Assembly: GCF_009914755.1 (NCBI RefSeq)
Contig: NC_060927.1
From: the human T2T-CHM13v2.0 reference genome, Homo sapiens
Reading direction: 5' to 3' (one strand)
Length of the DNA stretch: 64,000 nt
The notes below the pieces were generated by a model. It searched no databases. It was not told where the DNA came from and saw only the letters and a list, made by a program, of their open reading frames with translations. The position numbers and the translations under genes were made by a program. This document shows, piece after piece, positions 19,913-37,212 of the stretch (position 1 is the first letter of the stretch; each line of letters starts with the position of its first letter).

Positions 19913-22900
19913 GAGTTATAGCCATCAGTATTAAACTGACTCAATGCATAAAGTAACTTAAATTTTACATATTAAAATACAAATGGTATACTCACCTTAT
20001 AAATTAATTATCATACCTGATGCTACAACAGGCAATAGAACTTCCCCTCACATGCTGCTTAAGCAGCAGACTAATGGACAGAAATAACTTCATCCAAAAA
20101 CAATCTAATAACCTCCCACTCATGAATTCACAAATGGCAAATTTTTTTATATCAGATTAGGGAAAATTTTGTTATCTATTAGGTTTGGCTTTAGCCCAAA
20201 AGCTTGGCTAAAAAAAGCTCCAATATCTTATAACTAGCATAAAGTTTACTTCCAGAGGAAAAGTACAAGTTTGATTTACCTACCACTCTATAAACTACAT
20301 TACACTTGATAGTGTTTTCAATTGCCAATAGGAATTTAGAGACGGTATTTTTAAAATCAATTACATTTAAGTATAGTATTTCTTACCTTAATTACTTTCT
20401 AGATTACCTAATGTCTTCTGGAAGACTATACTTTATGTAAGCCTAGTTTTAAAAAATGACTATCATATTTATTGAAAGCATTGGTTATACGGCAGTAAAT
20501 AATCTGTTTTCCACTTGCCCGGCCCAGCTGCCTAGTCATTAGGCAGGTGAATCAAGGTTATGTAGTTAATCTATGAAATAGTAACCCAACTATATTTACA
20601 AAACCATCTTTTAAAAATTGTCTAGGACTCCTAAATCAGACTATTGTAGTAATTGACTTTCTGTGAATCAACGAATCAATGAATAAATGAATGAATCATT
20701 AAGGAATTTACATTCTTAGTAGAATGAAATCTGAATTTCAGGGTTTGTGGGCAATCAATAAAATTTAATTGTTTATTCAAATGAAAAGCCCAACTGATGA
20801 TATAATCAATAAATCAATGTCTTACTGAATAAATTTCAGTAAGACAAATGCTTTTGTTTAAGAGGTACCCTACTTTTTGTGTGCTATTTTCTCCCTAATA
20901 AAAACACAATTCAATTGTGAGCAAGTCCCAATGGTTTATACAGGTTAGAAAGTCTAATCTAGACCCAGTCCAAAAAAAAAAAAAAAAAAAACCCTGAAAC
21001 ATGTCTTCCACAGTTCAGGTGTTATAAAATGTCTAAATATCCTGTTTAGTCAATGACATCAAGGATTGTTCTGTATCAAAGGAACCCACAGAAATTCTTC
21101 CTGATGAGATGGCCAACCTCAGAAGGTACTCCTCCTTTTTCTGTACTTGATGAGTATATTTTCTGGGAATATTCTCTGGGAGTAGCCAGGAGTTGACCTG
21201 TACTTCAAAAATAAATCTCCAAATGAACGAAGTTTAACCTTAATAAACTCCCCAAAAATAGAAGTCAAAATTTCAGATATTTCAAATGTAGTTCTTGGTG
21301 AGGACTGGAAAGGAGTGACAGGGACTTACTAGCTAAGGTTGTAGAATTATATAAGCCATCTTTATTTCCATTATTATAGTTATAATTTTTGTACAAAAAA
21401 GTAAATTAATGTTTTAATTTATAGCCTATCAAATCTTCATAAATACACTCAGTAAAATTATACTTTCCTGGCGTGTATACCAAACTGTGACAAACATCTA
21501 CCCTCAAGGAAATAATTCAGTAAATACAACTCCCATTGAGTTATACAGGATGTGACTTTAAGGCTTTAGTTGTGGTAAAAGGCACGGTTGGGGTACAGAA
21601 TGAGGAACTAAGGACTCTTTAGTCCTCTTAACTTTAACATTTAATTTGTGGTCCCATTAAGTCAGCTATGACACCATTTCCTTGTTTATGAACCTTTCTT
21701 CATAGTATTTATCTTCCCTTTTGGGACAAAGAGATAATTCATTTCCTGCTTATAAAACAAATTTGTAAACAATAATGTTAAAGAAACAGGTATAACTTAT
21801 ATAATAAAAGAAAATAAGCTTATAAAGAAAAAGTTAAGTAATTCCTTTGTTATAACATGTGGTTTTTAACCACATTCCTTCAATCAAAATACAAGCAATG
21901 GAAACAAATAAATTATTTATTTATGATAAATAAGCATGGTCAATAGACAGGACTCATAGTTACTCTCCTTAACCATTAAAAATTCAAAATGGATATCACA
22001 TTAAAAACCTTGATCTTTATTATAATCATTCCTTACACTTAAAATATTAAGCATTAAACTACTGTACATATAAACATTTTCTTTTCTAAAAGGAAATAAA
22101 CTACATAGCTATACAACTTTCAATTTGGGTGGTTCTAATAAAGATCATTATTAAAAGTGGAAGAATCAGCTTCATGAAATAATTTGTATTATTATGAAAT
22201 CCATCCACTAGCATTTAAAAAATTTATATTTCAAATTTTTAAAATATATTTATTAAAGCATGAATTATTCCCAGTGCTATGTTTCGCTTTGCAAAGTCAG
22301 CATGGAAATAACAAACTTAGCCTTTGCATTGAATTACTTTAAAACAGAGTTTAGCAAATTATGTAACAAAATGTTATTTATTTCATCATTAACAAAAATG
22401 GGCAAAAAACAAAAAATAGCTTTATAATAAATAGTTTTTTACTTTTTATATTGGAAATTTTAATTTATGCTCCATTTCTGCTAAGACACTCAAAAAGATC
22501 TTGTTTTTCTAACTTTGTACACTAAAATCATGTGACCTTTTTGACATTTTTTAAGAAACCACATGCACCTGGGGTTGTGTTAAATGTCAGACCCTTATCT
22601 CTCCATAAAACAAATTATCTAAATTCTTTCAACCTGTTGAAGGCATTTTAAACCACAGAAGAGGAGACAAAAATGTATTTCAATTGTTTTAAGGAAGTAC
22701 ATGGTCAAATATACCATGTTTTTCACATTCATACTATAAAAGTATCCCCTAAAAACGCTGTTTTTGTATGTTTTTAAGAATGCCTTTGAAACAAACTGTT
22801 CACTACTCTAATAAATTACAGTAGCTATCTTTGCCTTGAATGCAGTATCGGTCTATATTGAGTGAATAGAAGTAAAGTACTTGGAATAGAGTCTGGCACT

Positions 22901-24061
22901 ATATAGCACTATCTGTTAACTACTACAAATTATTTTGTAATAAGCAAGCATTTGCTTACTGTATTGTTCATAGTAGTAGCCATTTGATTTTTTTTTTTTT
23001 CTGTTTTGGCCAAATCATTGGCATTCAAACACGAAGAATGATTTCCTTTTCATTTTATTTGTAGGAGACATGAGCTAACAATAGTTAATCAAGTGGGATT
23101 TATTCAAAAAATTCCATGCTCCATGCTTACATATATCACTGGATCAATACAAGAAAAAGTTTAAATAAAGGCATTTTTTTTTAAGTTTCTATCTTCAACC
23201 ACTTCTCCCTTGGGGGGTCTCAACTTCCCCATAGCTTCACCTTTCACTTAATGTAACTTACTCCCAAATTAATATTTTAGCCTTTACCTCTGAGCTCCAA
23301 CACATTTCTACTTGATCCAAAGAGATCTCCATCACAGAGCTTCAAGTTCTACATATCCAAAACCATCATCCCTCCACATATATTTCCTAATTTATCCCTC
23401 TTTGAAGTCTTTACTCTTACAGGGTACATCCCTCTCAGTCTCTGAGAACTATCCACTTTTCCAACTACTGTTGTCACTGCCTCTATTCAAGCCTTAATCG
23501 CTGCCTTACTAGCATAGACAATTTGAAATCTTACTGGCCACCTCTATTTAATCTCTACCTCCTCTAGTTTAACTTTATTATTACTGAAAAGGGAATCTGT
23601 CTAAAAGATTGGCATTATCTTTACTTTCCTGGTCAATTTTTTAAAGGTTTTGTATGCTTATAGAATAAATGCCAAACCCCTTCTTTTAACATCCAGGACT
23701 GTCAGTGTTTTGGTCCCCTTGGCAGTACTATCCTTCACACGGCCTACACTCTGGCCCAAGGAGTTAGCTCCCACTCACCTGACTTTTAGGTCTCACGGTC
23801 TTCTGTCTCTAAGCCTCTTATGATGCTAAGCTTCTTAACAGCTTCACTCCAATGCCAACAAGCCCATTTCCTTTCCCATTTCTTCATTCTTCAAAGCCCA
23901 GTTCAAAAGATGCTGCAATATTTGCCAGGAACCCTTCCCAATACATTCACTCTCCCCAGAACATTAATCTCCACCCTCTGGTCCACTCCCACCTGCCACC
24001 AACAGCACCTTAAGCACATTCCTTTGTATTACAATTATTTATTTATTAATTTGTATTGATT

Positions 24062-24353
24062 GATTTTTTTTGAGAAAGGGTCTTACTCTGGTGCCCAGGC
24101 TGGAGTGCAGCGGCATGATCACAGCTCACTGTAGCCCCAACGCCCACGGGCTCAGATGATCCTCTCACCTCAGCCTTCTGAGTAGCTGGGACTACAGGGA
24201 TGCACCACTATGCCCGGCTAACTTTTGTATTTTTTGTACAGATGGGGTTTTCCCATGTTGCCCAGGCTGATCTCCAGCTCCTGGGCTCAAGTGATCTGCC
24301 CACTTCAGCCTCTCAAGTGTTGAGATTACAGGCATGAGCCACTGTGCCCAGCC
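24062..24353 (-). mobile_element. AluJ-like element
   Basis: Reverse two-arm Alu. Confidence 0.9.
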
Positions 24354-25685
24354 ACAATTACTTATATTTACAGTTTACCTCCTTAACTGAATTCATTATA
24401 GGCAAGTTCCATGTTTTGTTGTTCTATTCCTCCACTTGAAAATAGTGTGGGGAAAATGTCCTTAAAGGTTTGCAGCATTACTTTATATATTTTAATTAGA
24501 GATTAAAACTAGAACAATGACACAAAAGATATGGCCTAAGTATAATTATCTCTGGTGTACATATTATTTTTCTCTAATAAGGAACAATAAACTCCCCATA
24601 AATACCAGTAAGAATCATTTTTAAACTAAGTCAAATCCCCCCACCCAAAACTGAGATTAAAGTATCTTCTGGATTAGAAGAGAAGTTAATGACTAAAGCT
24701 TTTTCTATCTGAACATCTGGCTCCAATAGTCAAGAAATGAATTCAGGAATTAATCTCTATTCATCAAGAAATAAGTATAATGAACACACATAGACAAAGT
24801 CACATGGATGCTTCCAACACTTTACAGATTTCCAAATTTTATGATAATTCAGGTTTATATTATTTCATTTTTGTGTCAAAATTTAGTTTCTCCCTTCAAA
24901 GGAGGCAGTAGTCTTGCACCCCCAGCTGCCTTGGCCTTCTTACTTGAGCCTTTAGCATCCAACTCTCAGTAGTTCAGATTTACAATCACCCTCAAAACTT
25001 GCAGTCTCTAATAGATCAAAGAAATTTTATAAGTAATTAGGGACCTTTCCTTTTGGGTTACTGTCATTATAACAACTTAACTGCTCTACTGATTTTTCCG
25101 GAGATGAAAAAGGAAAAGTCTATGCCTTATGAGGAAAGTATAGATGGCACCAATGATTAAACACTCAAAAATCAGATGCATAGTTCTACAGTAAGTTTGT
25201 AATTCTTAGTCCAGAAAAAGGTATCAGATTACTCTGTTGAAATACCAAGAGGTTAGCCAAAATGGGAATATCTATCTAATTTAATTCTGCTTATTAATCC
25301 ATAATTAACAAACTTTGAGAACAATAAAATTAAAATAGGACAAAAATGATAGTCATTTCAAAGTCATTTGATATTAAGGAAAACACATTTTAAATGTTGA
25401 TGGGTAATATCATTACATGATATGATGAATACATAAGAAAATCAACTGTATTATATGGTATAATCTGTATTTTACCTTTTAAGAAAATCTTGTTTACCCA
25501 TCTATGGGAGGGCAGTGAGAGGAAGAGCATCACCATCCCCTCTCTAAAATAAACACTGCACACAAAAACCAACTCAAAATGAATCACAGACCAGAATGTA
25601 AACACTGAAATTTCACTGTAAGTGAAATTTTTATGGCATGGGATTAGGCAATAGCTTCATCACTAGAATATCAAAAGCAGAAGCA

Positions 25686-25819
25686 AATTTTGTATTTTTT
25701 GTAGAGATGGGGTTTTGCCATGTTGCCCAGGCTGGTCTCAAATTCCTGAGCTCAAGTGATCCACCCATCTTGGCCTCCTGAAGTGCTGGGATTACAGGAG
25801 TGAGCCACGATGCCTGGCC
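25686..25819 (-). mobile_element. Alu left arm / FLAM-like monomer
   Basis: Single Alu monomer abutting an old L1 fragment. Confidence 0.85.
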
Positions 25820-26061
25820 AAAATGTCCTGATTTTTAATATTGGGTCTCCACCATGCTAATGGGCCAGATTAAGCTCAGAGGTCATCTATTTGTGATCTC
25901 CAATTCTTCATTGTGAACATGTGCTTCCAACCAGCCTTTCCAAGTCTGGAGACTCTGAATGCATTTTCCCCATGAGAATAAAATAAGTAGCAATTTGGTT
26001 TCCAGACTCATTATACAGGAAAACTATAGCACTAAACTACTAGCACTATTATCACCTAAAC

Positions 26062-26585
26062 CAGTGATTCCCAGCCTTTTTGGCAGCAGGGACTGGTTTT
26101 GTGGAAGACAATTTTTCCATGGACCAGGTAGGGGTGGTTCAGGATAATTCAAGGGCATTACATTTATTTTGCACTTTATTTCTATTATTACATTGTAATA
26201 TATAATGAAATAATTATACAACTCACCATAACATAGAATCAGTGGGAGCCCTGAACTTGTTTTCCTGCAACAAGATGGTCACTGCTGGGGGTGATGGGAG
26301 ACAGTGACAGATCATCAGGCATTAGATTCTCATAAGGAGTGAATGACCCAGATCCCTCGTATGCACAGTTCACAATAGGGTTTATGCTTCTATGAGAATC
26401 TAATGTCACCACTGATCTGACAGGAGGTGTAGGTCAGGCAGTAATGGAAGTGATGGGGAACAGCTGTAAATACAGATAAAGCTTTACTCACTCGCCCACC
26501 CACTGCTCATCTCCTGCTGTACTGCCCAGTTCCTAACAGACAGCAGACAGCTACTGGTCTGTGGCCCAAGGGTTGGGGACCCCTG
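26062..26585 (-). mobile_element. MER1A-like hAT-Charlie DNA transposon
   Basis: Terminal inverted repeats CAGTGATTCCCAGCC / GGTTGGGGACCCCTG; degenerate 8-bp TSD ACCTAAAC/ACATAGAC; ~525 bp. Confidence 0.8.
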
Positions 26586-26776
26586 ACATAGACTAAACAA
26601 TTAACAATGTTTATATTAAACAACTTATTCCAAGTTTCCATTTTAGACTCTGGAACATCTGAAATGGTGAATCCACAGGTAGTAAATGGGAAGGAGATAA
26701 CAGAAAAATTGAAGGAAGTGGAAGAAGCACTGGGAGGGCACTGGTGAAGGGTCTCGGGAAAGAATTCAAATCTTCA

Positions 26777-27115
<339 letters not shown>

Positions 27116-28409
27116 CTACAGGCAACAAATTGATAGAAGAAAGAGAAAAGAAAGGAAAAACGGATATAGCACTTCAGCTGCTGCACACTGTCTCAGTAGT
27201 AACAGCAGCTGAAATTCTTGTAGTTCTTCCAAAAGGCCAGTGATCTCTGAAAGAATTCTGTCAATTATTCATAAGTCATTTGTCACAAAGTGAGAATGTC
27301 AAATAATGAGTCTTAAAAGAAAAATCTATGAAGCCAAAAGTAAATCCATCTGCCTACTAGGAGATTAAAGTAAGATTTATGTTCTAAAGGTACATTTATT
27401 ACTAAAGTAACAATAAGTTGACTTTTGCTGTTAACTGAAACTTACCCACGGCTACTTCTATGAACTCTGAATTTTCTACTCATGAATAAATATTCTGCCT
27501 TGAGATTATCTGTAGCAAACATTTAAGCTTAGAAAAGAAATACTACTTAGTATTTCTGGTTACCTTTGCTAACATTCAGTTAATATACAGCTAAAGAAAT
27601 GCAAGTGATTTGAACCTTATCCTAAAAGTAAACATGGTTTTAAAAATAAAATTTGGAAATTTTTGGAAGTCAGTTATCGAAAATGTTTCACAATATGACT
27701 TTATCAAATAGTTCTGAGGAATAGTCAGCAAGTTTTTTGGCAACCTAAAGATCAGCTGATACATACTCAGGTAAACATTAAAACTGCTTACTGTTCCTAT
27801 GTAAAATCTAATTAAGAAAATCTGTTACACAGAAAAAATCATATGTAATCTAACTTCCAATAGGAAGGACCATTGGATTGACTTTATGGCCACTCCTTTC
27901 TATTAACATAAAAAATTAAGATGCTCCTCTAAATAGTGTGGTTTCAGATTCTTAGTGTGTCTGTTCCCCTCCATCAGTATAGAAATCAAACATACAACTT
28001 AATTTGGAAAGGGTGTTAATATTATGAAGTTATCGGGGATTTTTAAGTAAGGAGATACTCAATATCTTTTCGTACTATGATTTACTTAACTAGACCTCCA
28101 ATTCTATATAAGATATGCTTCAAACGTTTCACAATTATTTTTTGAAAATATTTAGCTTGTAACTGCCTTTCTAGAGATTCACTAACATAAAAAAAAGCCC
28201 TTGAGTATTTCCTATATTTCTTGGCTTGAAATAATAGTGTTACCATGGTACATCAGGTACCAAGCAAAGAAAGACAAAACAGTGTAAAATATAAGAGATT
28301 ACTGTTTTGAACTCAACCAAAGTCAGTCTCAACCACCGTATTAGATTGTTTCTAAAGGAAAACTTTAAGGCATTTTTGTATTGTATAATTTGCAAAAATG
28401 AAATTGTCA

Positions 28410-28511
<102 letters not shown>

Positions 28512-29135
28512 TTAATCAGTATTTTTACCTATAGAAAATAAATTTAAACATTAAATTTGCATATAAGAATCAACAGTATCTACCGCATATTCTTTTTTCT
28601 TCTAGGCTTCCTGAAATCATGGAATATTACTACATATTTAAAATTCAGAAACAGTTTAAATGACAGAGTACTTTATAACTATCATTTAATAGAAATTACG
28701 TTGAAACGATTTTATCAAAGTAGCTTAACTTTCATGACGAAAATTTTTATTTCCTTCAATCTTAGAAGACTTGTAAGTATATTACTCAAATAATGTTTCC
28801 TTTGTCACTGCAGTCTCCATCTTAGAATTCTAAGAAAAGTGTTTCCAGTGTAATAAGAAGAGCTGCAGCCAAATTCCAGTGAGTTGGGGACTGAATGAAG
28901 TGAGGTAATAGACTACTCTTTTGAACAGCTTTGCTGAAAAAGGGAGAAAGAAAATAGTTGCAGGTAGAGAGAGCTGTTTGTTAAGAGAGGGATTTCTATT
29001 TCTTCTTAATTTTTAAGATGGGTGACATCCGAACATATTTACATGCTGACAAACCATTGGAAAACATGTTAAAGATACAAGTAAGAGAAGGGCCAATTCA
29101 CTGAGGAAAGTCCTAGAGAAGGCCCACAGTATAGG

Positions 29136-29685
29136 TATGGTGGTTTTAAAACACATCCTCAAATTCTTTCTTATTCTTCACTTCAAGAGGCACAGTTTAA
29201 TTTCCCTCTCTTCCACTGTGGGCTGTACTTAGTGACTTGCTAAGTTAACAGAATATAACTGAAACAGAGTATAATATCTGAGGGTACACTACAAAAGATA
29301 CAGTAGCTTCTACCTGGCTCTCTTTTGGATCACTGGGAGACACCAGCTGTCCTATTTAAAAACACTTAAGCAACCCTATGGAGATGCCCATGTGGCAAGG
29401 AATTAATTAAGGTCTCCTGTCAAAGCCAGAGAACTAATGCCTCCTGCCAACAACCATGTGAGTAAGACATCTTGGAAGTGGATCCTCCAGCCCCAGACAA
29501 GCCTTCATATGACTGCCGCCGCATCCAACAATTTGACCAGAACCTCATGAGAGGCTCTGAGTCAGACAGAACCACCCACCTAAACTGATCCCTGACCCAC
29601 AGAAACTATCAGGTACTATATGCTTATGATTTTAAGTCACTAACTATTAAGAGTCATTTGTTATGAGCAATAGAAAACTAATGTA
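29136..29685 (+). mobile_element. MaLR LTR (MLT1-like)
   Basis: Motifs CATGTGAGT...CTTGGAAGTGGATCCTCCAGCCCCAG and TTTGTTATG...TAGAAAACTAAT end. Confidence 0.7.
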
Positions 29686-29802
29686 ATAGGTTGAATCATT
29701 AGAGTAGGGCAGGGGATTGGAAACAGACAGAATGGGGATAATGGTCAGTTAAATGAGAATATTTGGAATTTTCAAATTTTAAAGAATTACAACTTTTATT
29801 TA

Positions 29803-30162
<360 letters not shown>

Positions 30163-31019
30163 TTACATTTGAAAAATCTATTTTATTTATTCAATCAACA
30201 AAGCACCTACTACTAGACTAAGTAATAGGCACTAAAGGCATAAAGGCAAATATTAACATTATAATTATTCTTAATATCACATATAAATCTATTGGAAAAT
30301 AGGCACAAAAACAAAATTATTTAAATATTTTAAAATAAATTGAAAATGCATATGCTTACGTGGTTCAAAATAATTATACATGTTCATAACAGGGAAAAAC
30401 CCAAATTCATAAACCTTTTGATTTAGTTAATACAATTTAAATACCTATGGTCTGGGTATATGTCTATGCTTCAGAAACGATGTGCCAATAAATATACCAC
30501 ACCTATGGATGAGAAAGTGTTTTAAATTACCAGCTGTATATTACTAGACTTAATAATCATTCGTAAACCACAATGATCCTTTCTTGGCTTCTTGTATCAC
30601 TTATTCTTTGCACTGTTGACTTGTCTCTCTGACATCTCTTATATAATTAGCTTATGTCCTTTAAAGTTTTACAGTGTTTTTACTTTTTGCCAATATATGT
30701 ACATACTTCTGCAACTAAGTGGCTTGCTTTTGTCTACCTGTTGCCTGACACAGTATAAAATTATATAAGGCAAGTATTTTAAACTTGGGATTATCCATTT
30801 TATTATTTTGGTTCTTCTCCTTTATACCTTTTCCAGCTTTTTTATAGCCTATAAAAAAAAAAAAAAGTAAAGACTGCAAAATTGTGCTTAAATGGAAGAC
30901 TTTCTTGACATTTCTCTTGACCCTCCCTTGGCCACATCACAACAGAATTTTATGCCCCTCTGATTTATCATAGCACTATATACATATGTCTATTATGTTA
31001 TTTGTTTCAAGGTTTTATA

Positions 31020-32330
31020 TTCACAGTTCTTAGCTCTGTCCATTGAAAGGGCCTTGAAGCAAATACACCCCATTGGAATGAGCACAGCTAGCACTGTTAT
31101 CTTGTTTTTTTAAATACCATCAACCACCAGAAAAAGAACAGGTCTCTGTGGAAAATGGCTGATTTGGGGGCTGGGACTAAGAAAGTACAAGATAAGCCTG
31201 GAACATCTTGTGCCAGCAAGGAAGTGCTCAAAAAATTATGAGAACACATATAAAATTAAAAAAAAAAAAATCACTGTAGCTGGCTTGATGGGGCTCCCAC
31301 TGGCCAAATCTAGGGCACTTTTAACATCAAAATTTAAAAATGATAATAATAATATATTTATGAAATAAAATGAGAATCTACAAGTCTAATCTGACCCCAA
31401 AAAAACAAATAAATATATGGGCATGGGACAGGAAGCTCTTCCTTGGAGTAGAATACCAACTAATCAATATGGAAGAAATTACGGAGTTGGAAAAATCACC
31501 ATTTGGCAAACTATCTTAGTAATAAATGACTCAGCCAAGAGTCATCAATAGATGCTAAGAGAGTGGGAGGCAGTTTGATGAAGAAGATAATATTTTTACA
31601 TAGTCTCAAAGTATCTTTTCATAAATTATTAAAAGGAATAAATAGTAACTTTACAGAGATTAACTTAATGAACATGAACTTATTAACTTATAATTAAGGT
31701 TAACATCACCAATAATGGGTCAAACCAACATCATAAATCTCCTAGTCTGATGCCCCGAGTATTCCTGCTAAGGACATATAAATTGAATCTAATCATGAGG
31801 AAACATCAGACAAAAACAAATTGAAGAACTATAAAATAACAGGCATATATTCTTCAACACTGTCAAGATCACAAAAGACTGAAGAGTTGTTCCAGATTAA
31901 AGGAAGCTAAAGAGACACAACAAAAACAATATGTTATCCTATACCAGCAAAAATAAACTTCTATGGAAAATTAGAATGATTGTTAAAATTTAAATATAAA
32001 CTATAGATTAGATAATAGCATTGCATCAGTGTTAAATGTCCTGATTTTTATCAACAAATTGTGGCAATGTAACAGAAAATTCTTATTCTTAGGAAATGCA
32101 TTGAAGTATTCATGGTTAAAAGTACATGTCTGCAAACTGCTCTCACATCTTTCAGAAAAAGGGTGTGTGCTGGGGGCGAGGAGGGTTTGTGTAAAAAGAA
32201 ACAGAGCCAATACTTTGTCCCAACATATATGGGACAAAATGTTAAACTAGTGAATCTGGATAAAGGACATGCAGGAATTGTTTGTACAATTCTTAAAACT
32301 TTTCTGTAAATGCAAAATTATATCAAAATA
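31020..32330 (+). mobile_element. Old L1 (L1MC-like) 3' region
   Basis: Degenerate L1MC 3'UTR motifs (AATCTAATCATGAGGAAACATCAGACAAA; TTCCAGATTAAAGGA). Confidence 0.65.
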
Positions 32331-32639
32331 ATTGTTTAAGTCAAACACTCCCTTTATCACCTGAGGTAAACTAAATTCTAGCTGTGGTTCAGGGCCAATC
32401 TTCTAAGTGCCAGGCACTCTACCAAGTGATTTTACACATGTATCTCATTTAATCAAGTTTCTGAAAAACAAAGTTTTAAAAAACTACCACAAGTCTCTCG
32501 GTAAATAAGGTGTAATCTGATACTACTGTTTGTCCTAACATCCTTTCCATCTTCAGGTTACAAAAGCCCTCTTCTCTTTCTCTTTTCCTTTGCATGTGGA
32601 TGGCCTGAGGCTGGATACGCTCAATCAGTGTCCCATTGT

Positions 32640-32912
32640 CTTTTTTTCTTTTTTTTTTTTTTTGAGACGGAGTCTTGCTCTGTGCCCAGGATAGAGTGCA
32701 ATGGCGCAATCTCAGCTCACTGAAACCTCTGCATTCCAGGTTCAAGCAATTCTCCTATCTCAGCCTCCCAAGTAGCTGGGACTATAGGCATGTGCCACCA
32801 TGCCTAGCTAAAATTTTTTTGTATTTCAGTACAGACGGGGGTTTCATCATGTTGCTCAGGCTGGTCTCGAACTCCTGACCTCAAATGATGCGCCCACCTC
32901 AGCCTCCCAAAG
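32640..32912 (-). mobile_element. Alu (AluS-like), 5'-truncated
   Basis: Reverse Alu; GTCCCATT/GTCCATT-like flanks. Confidence 0.9.
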
Positions 32913-33564
32913 TCCATTTCTCTTGACTAAACTGATTGACTCAGTGATGGGCATATGACCCAAGCTCATTAAGGGTCCCTCTGCAAGCTGCCTGCACGAG
33001 ATACTGAGGAAGAAGCAGTCTTACAAAGTATGATGAGCCTTGGGCTACTGGCCACCGTCATACTCACCATCATGTTCACCATGTGCAGAGAGTCTACCCA
33101 AGAGATGGTGAGAACAGGGACCCGATGCAACTAGTGCTTGATCTACCCCTACAGCTAGGTGAACCAAAAAACTCCATTTGTGCTTAAGTTAGCCAAATAA
33201 GTTTCTGTTACTTTCAATCAATGTACTCCTAATTGAAACAGCAGGTAAAGTATAACACAGATGAAAACAGTTCACGTATTTCTAAGAAAACAAATATAAA
33301 AACATACCCTTAAAAAGTGAAAAAAAAAATCATACTTGTTATTCACCAATAAGAAAGCTGCGGTCAAATTATAAAACTCTTCAACTCTGTAACTGAAAAT
33401 TAACATGTACTGGAAAATAAAGTATGTATTTTAACAGATACCTTACTAAATGAATAGGTATATCTTTTCAGTGTGGTTATATTAAGTTAAATTTGAAGAA
33501 TTTAGGAACTAAAACTATGATAACAGCTTAACTCAACTCATAAGAGTACTAAAAAAGTAAAGCC

Positions 33565-33877
33565 AGCTGGGCATGGTGGCTCATACCTGTAATCCCAGCA
33601 CTTTGGGAGGCCAAGGAAGGAAGATTGCTTGAGGCCAGGAGTACAAGACTAGCCTGGGCAACAAGATGAGACCCTGTCTCTACAAAAAAAATGTTTTAAT
33701 TAACCAGATGTAATAGTGTGTGCCTGTAGTCCCAGCTACTCAAGAGGCTGAGGCAGGAAGATTGTGTGAGCCCAGGAGTTTGAAGCTACAGTGAGCTATG
33801 ATCACACCACTGCACTCTGGCCTGGGCAACAGAGTGAGACCCCATCTCTAAATATATATATATATATATATATATAT
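33565..33877 (+). mobile_element. AluJ-like element with (TA)n tail
   Basis: Alu followed by a TA microsatellite at 33852-33877; TAAAGCCA flanks. Confidence 0.9.
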
Positions 33878-34106
33878 TAAAGCCAAAGACCCATATTCAA
33901 TCCTAGTATATGCCAGTTAAACTAACTTTCTTCCATGACAATAATTTCATAGCCCATACACAAACCAAGTGACTATTCAGAAAAGAAATACAATATGTGG
34001 ATAAAAATATGCAGATCCACAAATACCAGTTTTGTAAAACAACTCAAAGCATAAATCATACTATTAAGTCTTTTAAATACAATGGCGAGCATATAATGTT
34101 TATTTA

Positions 34107-37175
<3,069 letters not shown>

Positions 37176-37212
37176 GCTTTGGTTCTTTTAAAAGAGATAT
37201 CTTTAGTCTCAT
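37176..37212 (-). CDS. IFT80: IFT80 exon 2, coding part (MRLKISLLKEPK + 1 nt); whole exon 37176-37258 including 46 nt 5'UTR
   Basis: Minus strand: acceptor tttacag| at 37259-60, ATG at 37212, exon ends at the U12-type donor |ATATCCTTT. The peptide matches the IFT80 N-terminus as I know it. Confidence 0.95.

Noticed and set aside
20818-20846. 12-bp inverted repeat TGTCTTACTGAA/TTCAGTAAGACA (also short ones near 7402, 25608 and 3620-3670)
   Set aside because: Short, AT-rich and deep intronic, with no supporting context; plausible by chance or local template switching.
28239-28251. X-box-like GTTACCATGGTAC
   Set aside because: The right half-site is incomplete and it lies far from any promoter feature.
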